Origin: the human T2T-CHM13v2.0 reference genome, Homo sapiens
Assembly (NCBI RefSeq): GCF_009914755.1
Contig: NC_060927.1
Reading direction: 5' to 3' (one strand)
DNA length: 64,000 nucleotides
Of this stretch, positions 43,857-60,124 are shown piece after piece. Below the pieces are notes generated by a model. The model ran no database searches. It had not been told where the DNA came from and saw only the letters and a list, made by a program, of their open reading frames with translations. Both the position numbers and the translations under genes were made by a program. Every line of letters starts with the position of its first letter. The first letter of the stretch is position 1.

Positions 43857-44963
43857 GGGAGTGATTTCAACATTTCGAGTATAGCAGCAGTGGAAGCAGG
43901 GAGAAGTTATTTTAGAGGTAAAATATACCAGACATGGCAACAGATTGAAGGCTAGGGATAAGGGAGAAGTAGAGCAACCCTCTGTTCAATATCTTTTAAA
44001 ATTAAATTACAAAACAAACTCCCACATATTGTTTGGTTGATAATTCTTAGAGTAAGTATGCAAAATCTGTGATGAAGCACCATGTGGCTATGCCAGTCTA
44101 CTATATCTCTTAGCATATATGGAAGTTTGTTGATTCTTAATCTTGCTGAAAGGCAAGAGAGAGCCATAAAATACAACTTTGCATTCATGATACTAAGTTC
44201 ACCTCCCTTGAATAGTAGGCTATGCCAATACCTGGAAACAAAAGCAAGATGGGTAGCTTTACAAAGGCTCAGGGTTACTTCTACAGCTGCAGCTCAATAA
44301 CGGCATTGGGAAATCAAAACTTTTTACTTCTCCCTAAGCTCTTTTCTTACAGATGGTACCGCGAGTTGACTTTTGTATGTATGTTGTATATGATGTTGGT
44401 TTTGGCCAAGGAGAAAAAGCTCGTAAGACCATCTACTTTCTGATTCAATTTCCTACAGCAAAAAAAAATAAATAAATAAATAAAATTAAGATAAGAATAT
44501 TAATAGGCAACTGCAGTCTTTTAAAAATACAGGTTTGAATAGGGGATTTTAAGTGACTTCTTTGGGGTTTACTTACTTCATATACACTCCATAAATCATG
44601 CAGGCATTTATTGCTGCTGTAAAATGGAATTTGTAGAACTGACTGTATTTACTCATAAGTATGAAGTATACATTTTTGTAATATATATATAGACTGGTTT
44701 ATAATGTGGGAAACATAAAAATGACATAAGGCATACAATTAAAGAAAACTTTCAAAAACTGCGATTTTTTCTATTGTAGATCTTTTTACTTTTGTGGAAG
44801 GATTACCATATAACGCAGTAAAACACTGTGCTTACATCTCATTTTACTTGGATATACTAGCCAGCTTCTTGCTGAAAGTCTCTATTGCAAATATTTTTGT
44901 ACAAAGGAAGAAGATAGGCTTTGGGTTTCCTGTTTGCATTCACTCTATAAAAATCAATGCCAG

Positions 44964-46352
44964 TGTGTCCAGAATTGGTGGGTTCTTGGTCTCACTGACT
45001 TCAAAAATGAAGCCGCGGACCCTCGTGGTGAGTATTACAGTTCTTAAAGGTGGCGTGTCCGGAGTTTGTTCCTTCTGATGTTCGCATGTGTTCGGAGTTT
45101 CTTCCTTCTGGTGGGTTCGTGGTCTCGCTGGCTTAAGTGTGAAGCTGCGGACCTTCCCAGTGAGTGTTACAACTCTTAAGGCGGCGCGTCTGGAGTTGTT
45201 CGTTCCTCCCGGTGGGTTCGTGGTCTCGTTGGCTTCAGGAGTGAAGCTGCAGACCTTCGCGGTGAGTGTTACAGCTCATAAAGGCAGTGTGGACCCAAAG
45301 AGTGAGCAGCAGCAAGATTTATTGCAAAGAACAAAAGAACAAAGCGTCCACAGCGCAGAAGGGGACCCGAGCGGGTTGCCACTGCTGGTTGGGGCAGCCT
45401 GCTTTTATTCTCTTATCTGGCCCCACCCACATCCTGCTGATTGGTAGATCCCAGTGGTTGGTTTTGACAGGGCACTGATTGGTGCCTTTACAATCCCTGA
45501 GCTAGACAAAGAGGTTCTCCACCTCCACACAACAGTAGGCAGATACAGAGTCTGGACACAAAGGTTCTCCAAGTCCTCACCACAGTAGCTAGATACAGAG
45601 TGTCCATTGGTGCATTCACAAACCCTGAGCTAGACACAGGGTGCTGATTGGTGTGTTTACAAACCTTGAGCTAGATACAGAGTGCCGATTGGTGTATTTA
45701 CAATCCCTTAGCTAGACATAAAGGTTCTCCACGTCTCCACCAGACTCAGGAGCTCAGCTGGCTTCACTCAGTGGATCCTGCATGGGGGCTGCAGGTGGAG
45801 CTGCCTGCCAGTCAGGAGCCGTGCGCCCCGCACTCCTCAGCCCTTGGGTGGTCGATGGGACTGGGCGCCCTGGAGCAGGGGGCGGCGCTCGTTGGGGAGG
45901 CTAGGGCCGCACAGGAGCCCACGGAGGTGGGGGGAGGCTCAGGCATGGCAGGCTGCAGGTGCCGAGCCCTGCCCCGCGGGAAGGCAGCTAAGGCCCTGCG
46001 AGAGATTGAGCACAGCAGCTGCTGGCCCAGGTGCTAAGCCCCTCACTGCCCTGGGCCGGTGGGGCCCGCCGGCGGCTCCGAGTGCGGGGTCCGCCGAGCC
46101 CACGCCCACCCGGAACTCGCGCTGGCCCGTAAGCACCGCGCGCAGCCCCGGTTCTCGCCGGCGCCTCTCCCTCCACAACTCCCCGCAAGCTGAGGGAGCC
46201 GGCTTCGGCCTTGGCCAGCCCAGAAAAGGGATCCCACAGTGCAGCGGCGGGCTGAAGGGCTCCTCAAGTGCCGCCAAAGTGGGAGCCCAGGCAGAGGAGG
46301 CGCCGAGAGCGAGCGAAGGCTGTGAGGACTGCCAGCAGGCTGTCACCTCTCA
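44964..46352 (-). mobile_element. LTR12C (ERV9) solo LTR
   Basis: TGAGAGGTGACAGC...AATTCTGGACACA termini, 4-bp TSD CCAG, CpG-rich U3, tandem CCAAT-containing repeats. Confidence 0.93.
45391..45740 (-). promoter_or_regulatory. LTR12C enhancer/promoter block: tandem CCAAT(NF-Y)/GATA repeats and AATAAAAG TATA-like box
   Basis: Repeated ATTGG and AGATA within ~40-bp units; CTTTTATT at ~45402-45409. Confidence 0.7.
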
Positions 46353-47182
46353 CCAGGTTGGCAGGTTTGTAAATATTTACACTGGGTGGCAGTTCCAAGG
46401 CGGCCATTTTTTTTTCCCTGCGCAATGTTCCCTCTCCATTAAACCACTAACAAAAATCTGCATGCAAGGAATTCTGGAAAAATAATGAATTAATGAATAA
46501 TTTTGGTTGAGAGACCTGTAGCAATGATTTCTATTAGTCGTCTATTAGTCTAGATAAGAATCTACTCACGGTGTGTCATGCTTCCAGTTTATGCTCTCAA
46601 ACAATTTTAATGTATCATTAGAGTTCTGCATTCACCTTTTTGAAATAAGATATACCTGAGAGATTTCCTATGGATAGGGAAAAATAAGATATTGAGAATT
46701 AGCTATTCTTAGACTATTTTAAAAATTGAAAAGGACAAGATTCAATAGCCTTCATAGGGCACTATATTTTTGCTCAAACATCAATTGTGTGTTTCAAAGA
46801 ATGCTGAAAAATATATTTAAGGACATTATTTCAAATTGAATTTTTAAATTGCTAATACATCTAGAATTCCTAGAAATCACTTATTTATATTATTTTTCAC
46901 ATGTTGAGTATACAACTTGAATATAAAGAAAGAAATGGATATTATCTTAAAGTGCCCATTGAGCTACATGTTCCTCCTCCGTTCCACTATAGTCTATTTT
47001 ATCGTATGTATTTTTAGAGTGTATGCAACAGAATGACTTTCTCAATAGTTTCTTTTAAACAATAAAGTAAAAAATACATGCTACTTTTTCTGTTAAGTAA
47101 CTTTATTTCTCATTCTTTTTTTTTCTTAAGTAATACTTAAAACATAGGCTTGTGCTTCTAGAATAAACATATAATTGTACAG

Positions 47183-47566
<384 letters not shown>

Positions 47567-49690
47567 TTACAATTTTTAGAGACCACGAATGAATTGTATA
47601 GTGACTACTAATTCTTAGTGTCCCCATATTAAATCACCAAAATCTTGTTCCAGAGGGTGAAGTGTGAAAAATCAATTTTTACAAATATAATCCATGAATG
47701 AGCAAAGAATATTTTCCCTAGCAAGAAAAGCAGTATCAAAGGCCTGTTAGCTAAGCAGGGATGAATTTCTGATGGGGGTCCCAGAACTCTTTGAGGTCTG
47801 CCAGCTAAAAACAGCTTTGAGAAGACATTTTGTCAGATTGTCCCTTGTCCCCATTTAAAGAAGCATAGTGATACATTTGTGCCGTTCTCAAACTGAGGGC
47901 TTTTAGTACCTGCTTGAATGACCTAAAATCACATGTAGCTCCTTAAATGGTAGATGCAGTGGTACTTACGCATGAAACAGTATGGTTCAGTTTTTGTAAG
48001 CTTTCTGAGACGACTAATGGTCCTTTAAGTAGAAAACTGATTCCCCTCAATAAATCACTATCATCAGGGAGCTACAAACACAGATCCTTAGATATGCATG
48101 GAGATAACCTTTCCCGGACAGATACTTGTATTGATCACTTGGTTAGTATTAGATGTTGTATTGATTAAATTGACTAACATTTTAAAAACTTGGCCTCTAA
48201 GTAACAATTTGAATAATAGTTTGTTATTCATACGTGTTGGTGTTCTGGAGCTTGCCCAGCAACATCTCCTTCTCTGCCTGGCTTCTGAATATATTTAAAA
48301 ATAAGACAAAGGAATTACACACATGGGGGTCAAATGGCTCATTTACTATTGATGAAACTGATATGGGAAAATGGTTATTAAATTTGCAAGAAATGAAATT
48401 TCCAACACAGAAATACAGCCCTTTCATTTGAGCTGAATTATCTGCCAAGAAGCAGACCACCCTAAATTAACCACCCTAAGCTTTTACTTGTAAACCTGTG
48501 GACTCTCAGAGCAGAAAAGACAACATACCTTAAGAGGGAAATTCTGCTGCTAGACCAGATGGGTCTGGGTGCACACATCCACAGAAAATTAAATGAGCCT
48601 CTGTAGGACTGAGTGCCTGAAAGGGAGGAGAAGGGCCACTCATGATACATGAAGGGAACTCCCTCCTCATGAAAGACACATGAAAAACAGGAAAGAAGCA
48701 GTCTACTTAATAATGAGCTCAACTTACATATTTTCATACTTCTGTAGGAAGAAAGGTATAATTGCCAATCTTTTTGTCTAGAAATCATGGATCCAAATAA
48801 AAACTAGAGAATATGATTGGACATCATAATTTTTTTGAAAGTACAAAGTGGGTGGGGGGGTATAGTCATTTACCCCCAAACTAAGAAGACAGCCTATTTT
48901 TTTATAGTTAAAGAAAGCCATTATTTTTCTACTCAGAGTATATAAAATGAGGATGGATTCCATATACTCAGAGTATAGAATAATAATTCACCTTTGCTTC
49001 TGGATTATTGTTTAATAATGATGCTTATTGAATACTCTAGAGGAGAGTGTTTTAGACACGGGGTTCATCCTAAAAATTAAAGTATATTATGATGACCTAT
49101 ATCCATAGTTGAACGTTCAGATGTTTACATGTACTAGGCAGGGAAACTAACTGAGTGAAGGCCAGGTTAAGAAAAACAACAGCATATGTGTGACACAAAA
49201 CGATGACTAATGCTTAGCCTCATAGCAGGGAAAACAACTGGGAGTGATGGGGACTGTGGCAGATTCGTGCCTAGTCTAAATGCACGTATAAGGTCTAAAT
49301 GCTAGTATAAGGTCTGTATGATTTTTCTAGTGTTTTAAAAGAATCTAATAATTTACATTTCATATAAAATCTGCACTTTAATGTTTACAATCATTAAAAA
49401 CAAAACAGAGCTCCAGAAATGTTAGAAGCCAAAAATATCAGGAAAAATCTTGTCAACACCACCCTGTGGATACAGTGAATGGCTTCTGACTTTCTTTCCT
49501 GCCTTGTGTTACTTGCTCCAGATTCAAAGTCCTGGAAAGAAGGGAGCAGCCAAATAGACTGAATTGGCCACATTCTCTAACCTCTGCTTTTTCAATATAT
49601 TTTAGAGAATGGAGAGAAGTTTCTGATCCCTTTGTCTTCATTGGTAGGAGTGGAAATTTGGGATTTTACTTACAATAAGCTTACACACAT

Positions 49691-49907
49691 CAGCATTGGT
49701 GAACTATGGCCCTTGGCCAAATCTGGATCATTGCTTGTTTTTCTAAGTACCCTTTATTGGAACACAGTTAAAATCTATCTGTGCATACATTATCTATCTA
49801 TGACTGCTTTTTTGCTTTAGTAGCAGAGTTGATAGCTGTGGCTGAGGCCATTTGGCCTGCAAAGCCAAAAAAATCTGTCCTTTTAGAGAAAAGTGTTGTC
49901 AACTCTA
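49691..49907. mobile_element. MER58A-like hAT-Charlie MITE
   Basis: AACTATGGCCC..GGCCAAATCTGG, TTTATTGGAACACAG, TGGCCTGCAAAGCC. Confidence 0.75.
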
Positions 49908-50459
49908 GAGAAACAGGGACGGTTAACACATGATATCTACAATGACAATATGTCTGCTGTTCACCATATATACACAGTGACTTTAAAATTTGTTCTTAAT
50001 GTACTCATGTAACATTTAGAATATATATATTGAATGTATCTTTTCTTTACAAAACTCAATACTAAATGCTGAGGTTATAACCAGATCCCTGCACTCAAAG
50101 ACTCCACGAACTAGTGTGAGGAACAGCAGGAAACAACTGATTGTAATTAATGCCATTTGAGGTAAGTGGAAAAGAATAAAAAAAGACACATAAAATATGT
50201 GAGGAAAATGCAAAATAAAATATATATTCTTTTAGCAAACATGAGCACATTGTGTTTTTACCAAAGATATTAGACATCTTTGTCAGTGAATAGAGCATTG
50301 ATAATAATGAACTAAAAAAATCCTGTACTATTTTAAATTTGAGTGTAAACATGTTCCACCATGAAGATTTCTTGGGCTACCAAAAATGGTAAAATTTAGT
50401 GGTTTGGATTGACCTTACATATGTTGGAACTGCTAAACTGAGGGGAAGTGGCTCAAAAA

Positions 50460-51620
50460 TATGTATTAGTTAGGAATTGCATTTGATAGCAGGTAAGAAA
50501 AAATATAACAGCATGTAAGTAATATTTAAAGCATAGTGTTGTCCTGAATGTGTAAACAGTTAGTTGGTCTCAGGCAACAAGAAGTTTGGAAATAAGCATT
50601 GAGAGTTGGCATAGCTATTCAGTGAAGTCATCATGAAGAGCGACATTTTCTGTCTTTTCACTATGGTATCTTAGATTTACAGGTTTTACCCTCAGGGTCT
50701 CAATAAGACTGCTTCACATGCATAACCCATATCTGTGTTTCAGCTGGAAATAAGGTATGAGGACCAGAGGGCAAAGGGGGCTGTGCCCGGCAAGTTCTCT
50801 GCCTCTCTTTCAAATAACTTATTTGAAGTATTACACAGTCCAATCACAAGTGCACAGATAGGTGAATGTCAGCAGTTTGAACACACCCATGTAATCAACA
50901 TCCAGGTTAACAATTAAGAATTAAAACAATACTGGCCTCCAAGAAGCTTCCCATGCCACTCCAGACAATGATTACCACTATCTTGACTTCTAACACTAAA
51001 GATTAGTTTTTCCTAGTTTTGAGCTTTATAGAAATGGAATTATACGCTGAGTATTCTTTGGTCGGTGACTTATACTAAGGATTACAGTTGTAATAGTCAT
51101 CCTTGGGTGTAATTGTAGCTTGTTCATTCTCATTGTAATAAAGTATTTCATTTTACGGTTATTCCTAATTTGCCCATTTCACTGCTGATGAACATTTGGG
51201 CTATTTCTTATATTAGACTATGAACTTTGCTATAAGTATTCTAGTGAGTTTGTGTTCTTTTTTGGTGAACACATGTATTCATTTCTGTGGGGAATATATC
51301 TAGCAGTGCCTGCATAACTCAGAGGATGTGGTAAACATTAGTAGATGCTTTCCAGAGAAACTTTACCAATTGAAATCCCACTAATAGTGTCTGAGAGTTC
51401 CCATTGCTCCACACCTTTGCCAACACTTGCTATGACTAGTCTTTTTCATTTTAGATATTGTGGCAGTTGTGACATTTGTCTCTTAGAGGCCCTACCCAGA
51501 AAATTCTGTTTACAAATCATTGGCCAGGATGATGTCATAGAGTAAACCATAGCAGGAAGAGATTAGCATTTCTGCCTCCAAGATGGGAGAATATGGAGGA
51601 GAATATCAATGACTTCTGGT
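50460..51620 (-). mobile_element. MLT1-like LTR interrupted by an L1ME 3' fragment (~50810-51465)
   Basis: MLT1 motifs on both sides of L1 motifs GATGAACATTTGGG and TGAGAGTTCCCATTGCTCCAC. Confidence 0.5.
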
Positions 51621-53262
51621 AGGTAATCCTTAGAGACTCTCAAGGGGGAAGAATCCAAGAAATGGACTACAGCGTCTCCACTGGAGTGAAACATAGTATG
51701 ATTCATTTTATTTCTTGCTCACATCTGGTGAGAGAACATTTGGATCTCTGCTATGTAAAGGAATTTTGAGAAACTAGTAGCTTAAGCACTAAGTACCTAA
51801 AAGCACAAGGAATCATATACAAAGATGCTAGATTCTTACTTTTAATCAAATGGAAAGCAAAAAAGAATGGAAACTGGGAATCAGAAAGGAAAGGTTAAAT
51901 GTCCATAGGGCCAGAGCAGGAAAGTTCCTCCATGACTACTCTAGAATATTCGGGACCATGATTGGGGACATCATTTAGGAGAGCACCAAAGGTCCTTTAG
52001 TAGGAATAATTTGGATTTCATTCATTAAAACCACGTTGTATTAAAGAAACATGAAGCCAAAGAACACCGTAATAGTTTTCACTCTTGAAACACTTCAGAA
52101 GTGAACAAGACTCCTACTACCATGAAAAGAGTTGAGGAATGACTTGATAGTCTAGTGTCCCAGGAAAGCTCTGAGTCATGCAATAGGAAACTTGTTTTTC
52201 TTCTTAGGATAAATCTCCACTTTAATGTACTACAGCAGGGAAGCCACTTGGTGACAAACACTAATGTCTGCAATGACTGGACCGGTAACACTACTGCTCG
52301 TTGAGTCATGTGGGTCAGGTGGGGACAGCACTCGAAGGGTATGTTTCTTCTAAAATTGGTAGCCACTACTCATTTTAAAGCAATTTTTAGAATTTTGGAT
52401 CTATAATTGCTAGATCTCATTTTTCTTCAGGTATTTACCTTTAATATTTAAATCTTACCAAAAATTCAATTTTTTTCAGAAAAAGAAAACATTAGCAGCC
52501 AAATTAGCCAGTCTGCCTGTGGAATGAAGGCTCCAGTTTTTGACCTCTAATGAAAGAAGAAAGAATACTCATTGAGGTTTGTGTTGACACTCTCAACTCC
52601 ACACCAGTTATGTATTTTGATTAAGGCCTTTAACTCTCTCTAATCCATCCCTGCTTTCCTCCATGTTCAAATGAATGGTTTAGCTAGTTGATATTTGAAG
52701 TCCCACTTAGTACTTGAATATAATAATGCTGAGATGCCCAGTGTTCTAGGTTGAGGCTTTCTGGAAGCATAATGCTTTCTTTCAACTTTTTGGCTCACAT
52801 TTTAAGTGATATTTTAAGGGGTCTCTGTCAAGCTCCCCTTCAGCTTGGTGAGAAGATCATTGTCTTAACACTTCCAGGACAGCCATAAGATGGTGTACTT
52901 TTGTAGTTTTTTGTACGTGTCACTCCTTTTGAACATCAAGCAGAAATATTCAGGATCTTGGGCAAAAAGTGTAAACCCTTAATTATATCAAGTTAATATT
53001 CTTAACACTAATAGTCTGAAATGAAACAACAGTGTAATGCAATGCTAGTGAGCCTTTCACAGGGCCATTCAGGAGATAGACATGAACGCTCAGGTTATAT
53101 GAGTTCACATCTCAGAGATCCATACAGTTAAATCTATAGGAAATAATATTACTAGCAGTTTTGCAATTATGTTTATGTAAGTGTGTGTATATACACGTTT
53201 GTTTATATAATGCTTAAATATATATAAAATATATATAATGCTTAAAAGTATGATTGCAATTA

Positions 53263-53698
53263 CAGTTGACCTTGAACAACACAGGTTTCAGCTGCTTGGG
53301 GCCATTTAGGCATGGATTTTCTTCTGCCTCTGCCACCTGGAGACAGGAAGACCAACCCCTCCTGCCCTCCTCCTCCCTAGCCTAGCCAATGTGAAGATGA
53401 CAAGAATGAAGACGTTTATGATGATCCACTTCCACTTGATGAACAGTAAATATATTTTATCTTCCTTATGATTTTCTTAATATTTTCTTTTCTCTAGCTT
53501 ACTTTATTATAAGAATATGGAATACAATATATATATCATACAAAATATGTTAGTCAACTGTTTATGTTATCAGTAAGGCTTCTAGTCAACAGTAGGCTAT
53601 TAGTAGTTAATGTTTTGTAGAGTCAAAAGTTATAAGTGAATTTTTGACTATGCAGGGGGTTGGTTCCCCTAACCCCCCCATTGCTCAAGGGTCAACTG
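53263..53698. mobile_element. Tigger2a-like (MER28) DNA transposon
   Basis: TIRs CAGTTGACC(C)TTGA / TCAAGGGTCAACTG with TA TSDs, 436 bp. Confidence 0.88.
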
Positions 53699-53953
53699 TA
53701 TGCATAATTCCTATATATATGTGTGTGTGTGTGTTTTAACTTGACTGCTGTTATATCTATGCATACTATATGTCCACAATATATACACCTATATATTTAG
53801 CATCTAGTCATTTTAGTTTTTCTCTTGTTTGTATGTCTGTATTTTTATATTTTCTGATTTTTAAATGAGTGTACATTACTTTAAAAACTATTAATATACT
53901 TAAGTAATCAGAATAGCGTATGCCACATAAACTGTATTTCGGTATTTTTATGA

Positions 53954-54386
<433 letters not shown>

Positions 54387-54604
54387 TAAGTACATTGATA
54401 TTTTAAATTATAAACAAGAGTTAAGGGAAAGAAAACAAATACAAAATCAACACACATGTTGCTAACTGTATGAAGAATGGCATTTGTTAAGTGGGATATA
54501 CTCAATGAAAAACAATAAAAATATGTTAGATTTCTCTCCATTGTCTAGACATCCAAAGGAGAGGGGGTGAAGAGAAGAGTGATTGTGCATGGAAAATTAA
54601 ATGT

Positions 54605-54750
54605 GGATTTGCAGTCTGTGCTGCCAGCAAAAAATTGCCGTGCTATTTGGGGTTGAAAAGGCATCATGTTATGAAGCAAGGGGAGAGGTAATTGTCTGCC
54701 TCATTCCACTGCTGAGCAGACTGTATCTAGAATATCATATTTATTTCAGA
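54605..54750 (+). mobile_element. L3/CR1 relic
   Basis: GCTGCCAGCAAAAAA...AGGGAGAGGTAATTG...CAGACTGTATCTAGAATA resembles the L3 3' ORF2 region. Confidence 0.4.
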
Positions 54751-55285
54751 AAATAAGAATACTAAAAACCTAAAATTATAGCAGTTTCAGAAAAGAACAA
54801 AAAAAGTAAGAGAAAATGTACCCTTGGCTGAGAATGAAAAACTAAATGAATTAAGTGTGCATGAATAAATTAGTGATATGAGTACTGAGGAAAGAAACAG
54901 AACTACAAATGATGAAGCAGAGAAAGAAAAAAACATTTTGGTTGCCAAAAAAATCTAAAGAAAAAGTTCACAGAACCGTCTATGTCAATTATAAAAGTAG
55001 TGTTTAGAAATGTTAGAAAAGCTACTGATCATGAGTTTTATTGGCCAATATGCAGTTTTCCATCCGTAATGTGTTTATTTATTGGTCTTTAATACACTTA
55101 CCATTGAACTAAATTGGGTGAAAAGGCTATATCTGTTCAGCACAGTAATGGAGATAATTTAAAATACCCTTTGGCCCTCCCAATACTTATAAATAACAAA
55201 TAAAATTGGTGCTTTTATACTATCAATATTCAATGGTAGAAATAAAGAGATTGTTACGTTAAGTTCATAATCATCAGTATTTATA

Positions 55286-55895
<610 letters not shown>

Positions 55896-56462
55896 AAGAA
55901 ATATTTTTAAAATAAAATGAGTGACCAGTTTCCTGCAGGTACTGTTCAAAATATGTAAAAAATACAATGCCTGCCATTCTGAAGGTAACATACTAATTAA
56001 GTGAAAACATAGTTAACAGCACTCCATGAAGTTTGAATAACATAACTCTCAATGAAATGATGAAAACATATACATAAACCTGGTGGCTATAAGAAAATGC
56101 CACTCGGATCTCCAACTACAGGGATTTTAACTGACTAGGGGCTTGAGTACCTGGAAAATCCATCCCTATGTTTTTGCTGAGGCTTCAGGTCACATGAACT
56201 GCTCCTAGTGAATGGCTGACATTACAGGACACTAAGGCAAACTTGTTCTTGGGAGATGCAGGAATCCTCTGATGGCTTGACTCAAGGACTCGCCAAGAGT
56301 CCTGCTAAATCTTTTTTGAGACTGCATCCAATTGAACTTCTTTCCTTCTTTTTTAAAAATTTACAGTCAGACTTGCATGTTTGTTGGCTTTCTCAGCCTT
56401 TCTCTGCTCTTTCTATATTTTCTGTCTTAGGTGTTTCCCTTAATCCTTGCAAATTTAATTGT

Positions 56463-56818
56463 TGATATGGTTTGGCTGTGTCCCCACCCAAATCTCAATC
56501 TGAATTTTATCTCCTAGAATTCTCACGTGTTGTGGGAGGGACCCAGGGGGAGGTAATTGAATCATGGGGGCCAGTCTTTCCCATGCTATTCTCGTGATAG
56601 TGAATAAGTCTCACGACATCTGATGGGTTTATCAGGGGTTTCCACTTTTGCTTCTTCCTCATTTTTCTCTTGTCGCCACCATGTAAGAAGTGCCTTTTGC
56701 CTCCCACCATAACTCTCAGGCCTCCCAAGCCTTGTGGAGCTATAAGTCCAATTAAACCTCTTTTTGTTCCCAGTTTCGGGTGTGTCTTTATCAGCAGCAT
56801 GAAAACGAACTAATAACA
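56463..56818 (+). mobile_element. THE1A-like solo LTR
   Basis: TGATATGGTTTGGCTGTGTCCCCACCC...GAACTAATAACA; 5-bp TSD ATTGT. Confidence 0.92.
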
Positions 56819-57149
56819 ATTGTCTTTGCATCTACCTCACTGAGGACCTGGACTAATAAAATTGCATTTGTTTATTCTAATCCTTAAAGTCAGTCTATTC
56901 AGATAGGTCACAGATGTAGATAGTTAATATTTCTGGCATTTAGCCTTTTTATATTCAAATTTTTTTTAACTTATGGAAATTTGGCCAAGATGGCCAACTG
57001 AGCACAGAATTACCTAACCCCAGACACAAATTTAAAATTCAGAGGAAATAGAACAAATACAGGAACAATTCTGCATTAAAAAAAAAGAGAGAGACAGACA
57101 GAGGAATTTGTCAAGGAAAAAAATTAGATAAGACTAAATTGACAAGTTT

Positions 57150-58345
57150 TATGGAAAATATAAATCAAAGATTATGAGAGGAAATAATATTTGATGGTAT
57201 GAATAGAGAAGTTTGTAAGAAATAGAAAAAATTTGTTTATATATGTTAAAAAGTCAACATGTATAGTAGGAAAAGCTACATGATAAGAGCATTAATAAAC
57301 AACAAATTAAACAGGAAAAGTCAGTTAATTTTAATAAAAGGTACAGAAAGATGTAACACCATCTCTATAGAACAAAAGGCCTCATTACATAGTTAAAAAT
57401 AAATAGTGATCTAGGAGAAAATTATCTGTAGAAGACTGATGTTGAAAATATATGAAGAGATCTTACCAATAAAGAAATACCAATAAAGAACAAAATGGAA
57501 GAAACTTATGAATTACCACATTAAAGAAACAATATAATTAGACCATAAGCATGTTGAAAAAATGCTTAACCTCACTAATTACCAAGGACATAGAAATTAA
57601 AATAACAACTTGGCAGTATTTCAAAATTAGAAATTTAAACATATTTTCATTATGCAACTTTACTTCTGGGTGTCTACTCTAGAAAAATATTTGTCTATGG
57701 CTATGATGCAGAACTGATATTGAGCCTGTTATAATGCCATTTTTCTATAGCTAGCTAATTCTGAGTTGTAGAGAATCTCTTCCAACTGGGCAATGTCCAA
57801 ATCATTCTGAATGATAAATATATCAAATAGCACTCTTGGTACTAAGTTATTTACAAAGATGTTCATTACAGAATTGCTTGTAATAATAATAATAGCCCCC
57901 CCCACCAAACAACCCAAGTATCCCTCACTAAAGGAATGAACACATTACGCACATTTATATGAGAAAGAGCAAACCTGTAGTTAAAATAAATGAGCTAAGT
58001 CAACATGTGACAACGTTTAAATCTCAAAGCCCAATACTGAATTCTTAAAAGTTGCAAAAGGACATGCATGACTTGATTTTATCTATTTAAAGTTCTGAAT
58101 CACAAAATGTAAACTTGTTATAATGAATTCTAATATACAAAATAATAACAAAAAAAGCAATCTGGATGTATACACACCAGATTCAGAAAAGTGGTCATTT
58201 TTGGTGAGTTAGATTTCTTGGGCTTTAACTTTTCATGCAATATTTAATGTTTTATTTTATAAAAAAGAGAATTGCAGCAATTATGGCAAAGTTTCCCTTA
58301 AATTCTATGTCACTTTCATATGTTTGAAATATTTTTTAATTTAGA
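57150..58345 (+). mobile_element. L1ME-like fragments
   Basis: AAATGCTTAACCTCACTAATT, AAAGATGTTCATTACAG, AACAACCCAAGTATCC motifs. Confidence 0.55.
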
Positions 58346-58552
58346 AAAAGTGATCAAGAAAGATAAAACAGTCACAATTTTTAGTAGGATACTCATTCTT
58401 TCCAAAATATGGCCAAATATTTAAGCATTTTAAAATGGAATATATTATAGATATATTCTCTAAAGATTCAAATTTTTGAATTTATGTTGATGACAGTAGC
58501 TTAAAGCAGATTCTCCTATATCATAGTATTTCTTTCACTACGTTATAAATAA

Positions 58553-58879
<327 letters not shown>

Positions 58880-59210
58880 CTACTAATTCTTTGAAGTATA
58901 TTCAGAATATAGTTATTGCATCTTTCAGTATCTTCTGGCTGGAAATAGAAGACTTTTGAAATTCTTGACATAAAAATTGTGACACAAATTCTAACTAGTG
59001 TTTTAAAGACTTGTTAAATATATATATTTTTTCCAAATAAAATTTCTTAATATTTCATGATATGTATTTTTTTTCATTGAAGATGTTGGTGAGAAACTGA
59101 TTCAGAAACAATAAAGTAGTGGTGAATAAAACTGTGGTCTGACAAGCAAAACAGACCAGTAAGAACTATCATGTGTTTAAATTTATTTTAAAGTGAAAAT
59201 ATCTTCCCTA

Positions 59211-59608
<398 letters not shown>

Positions 59609-60061
59609 CTATATTTGCATATTAAACTTAAAATAATATTTGTTTTGGAGCACGATGAAAGAAATCTAAATGCCTGCATTATAGATTGAGGCCTTTTCTA
59701 GGAAATCAAATGAGTGAGAAAAAATTAATTCAATTCTTGATTTATGCTTTCTTTTTGCATTGGACACACTCATAACTTTGAACATTTTAAATATTAGTTT
59801 GGTATACAAAACTTGATTACATCTACTTTCTCAGCTAATGATATTATTGCAGCTAATTTGGAGTAACTATAGTCTTTGCTTCCCTAAATGTGTCTTCAGA
59901 AATAAGATGTATCTCTAAGATGATGTAAAGTCTCTTTCACTATTTATAATCAACATAAAGGAACCTATTTTAGACTTGTGACATTCAAACAATTTTTTTC
60001 TATTCTTTTTCTTTATATTTCAAACTAAAAAACGTAAATATTAGGTATGTATACACACATA

Positions 60062-60082
60062 ATATGTATATGTGTGTGTGTG

Positions 60083-60124
<42 letters not shown>

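Noticed and set aside
45470-45740. Regularly spaced ~40-bp repeats resembling a CRISPR-like array
   Set aside because: These are the known LTR12 enhancer tandem repeats, with no unique spacers, in a eukaryotic context
45771-46485. Overlapping ORFs up to 213 aa and a CpG-island-like stretch
   Set aside because: All inside the LTR12C GC-rich U3; typical artefacts, not a host gene promoter
48098-48788. Several 65-108 aa ORFs in non-repeat DNA
   Set aside because: No recognisable domains or consistent splice signals; expected by chance
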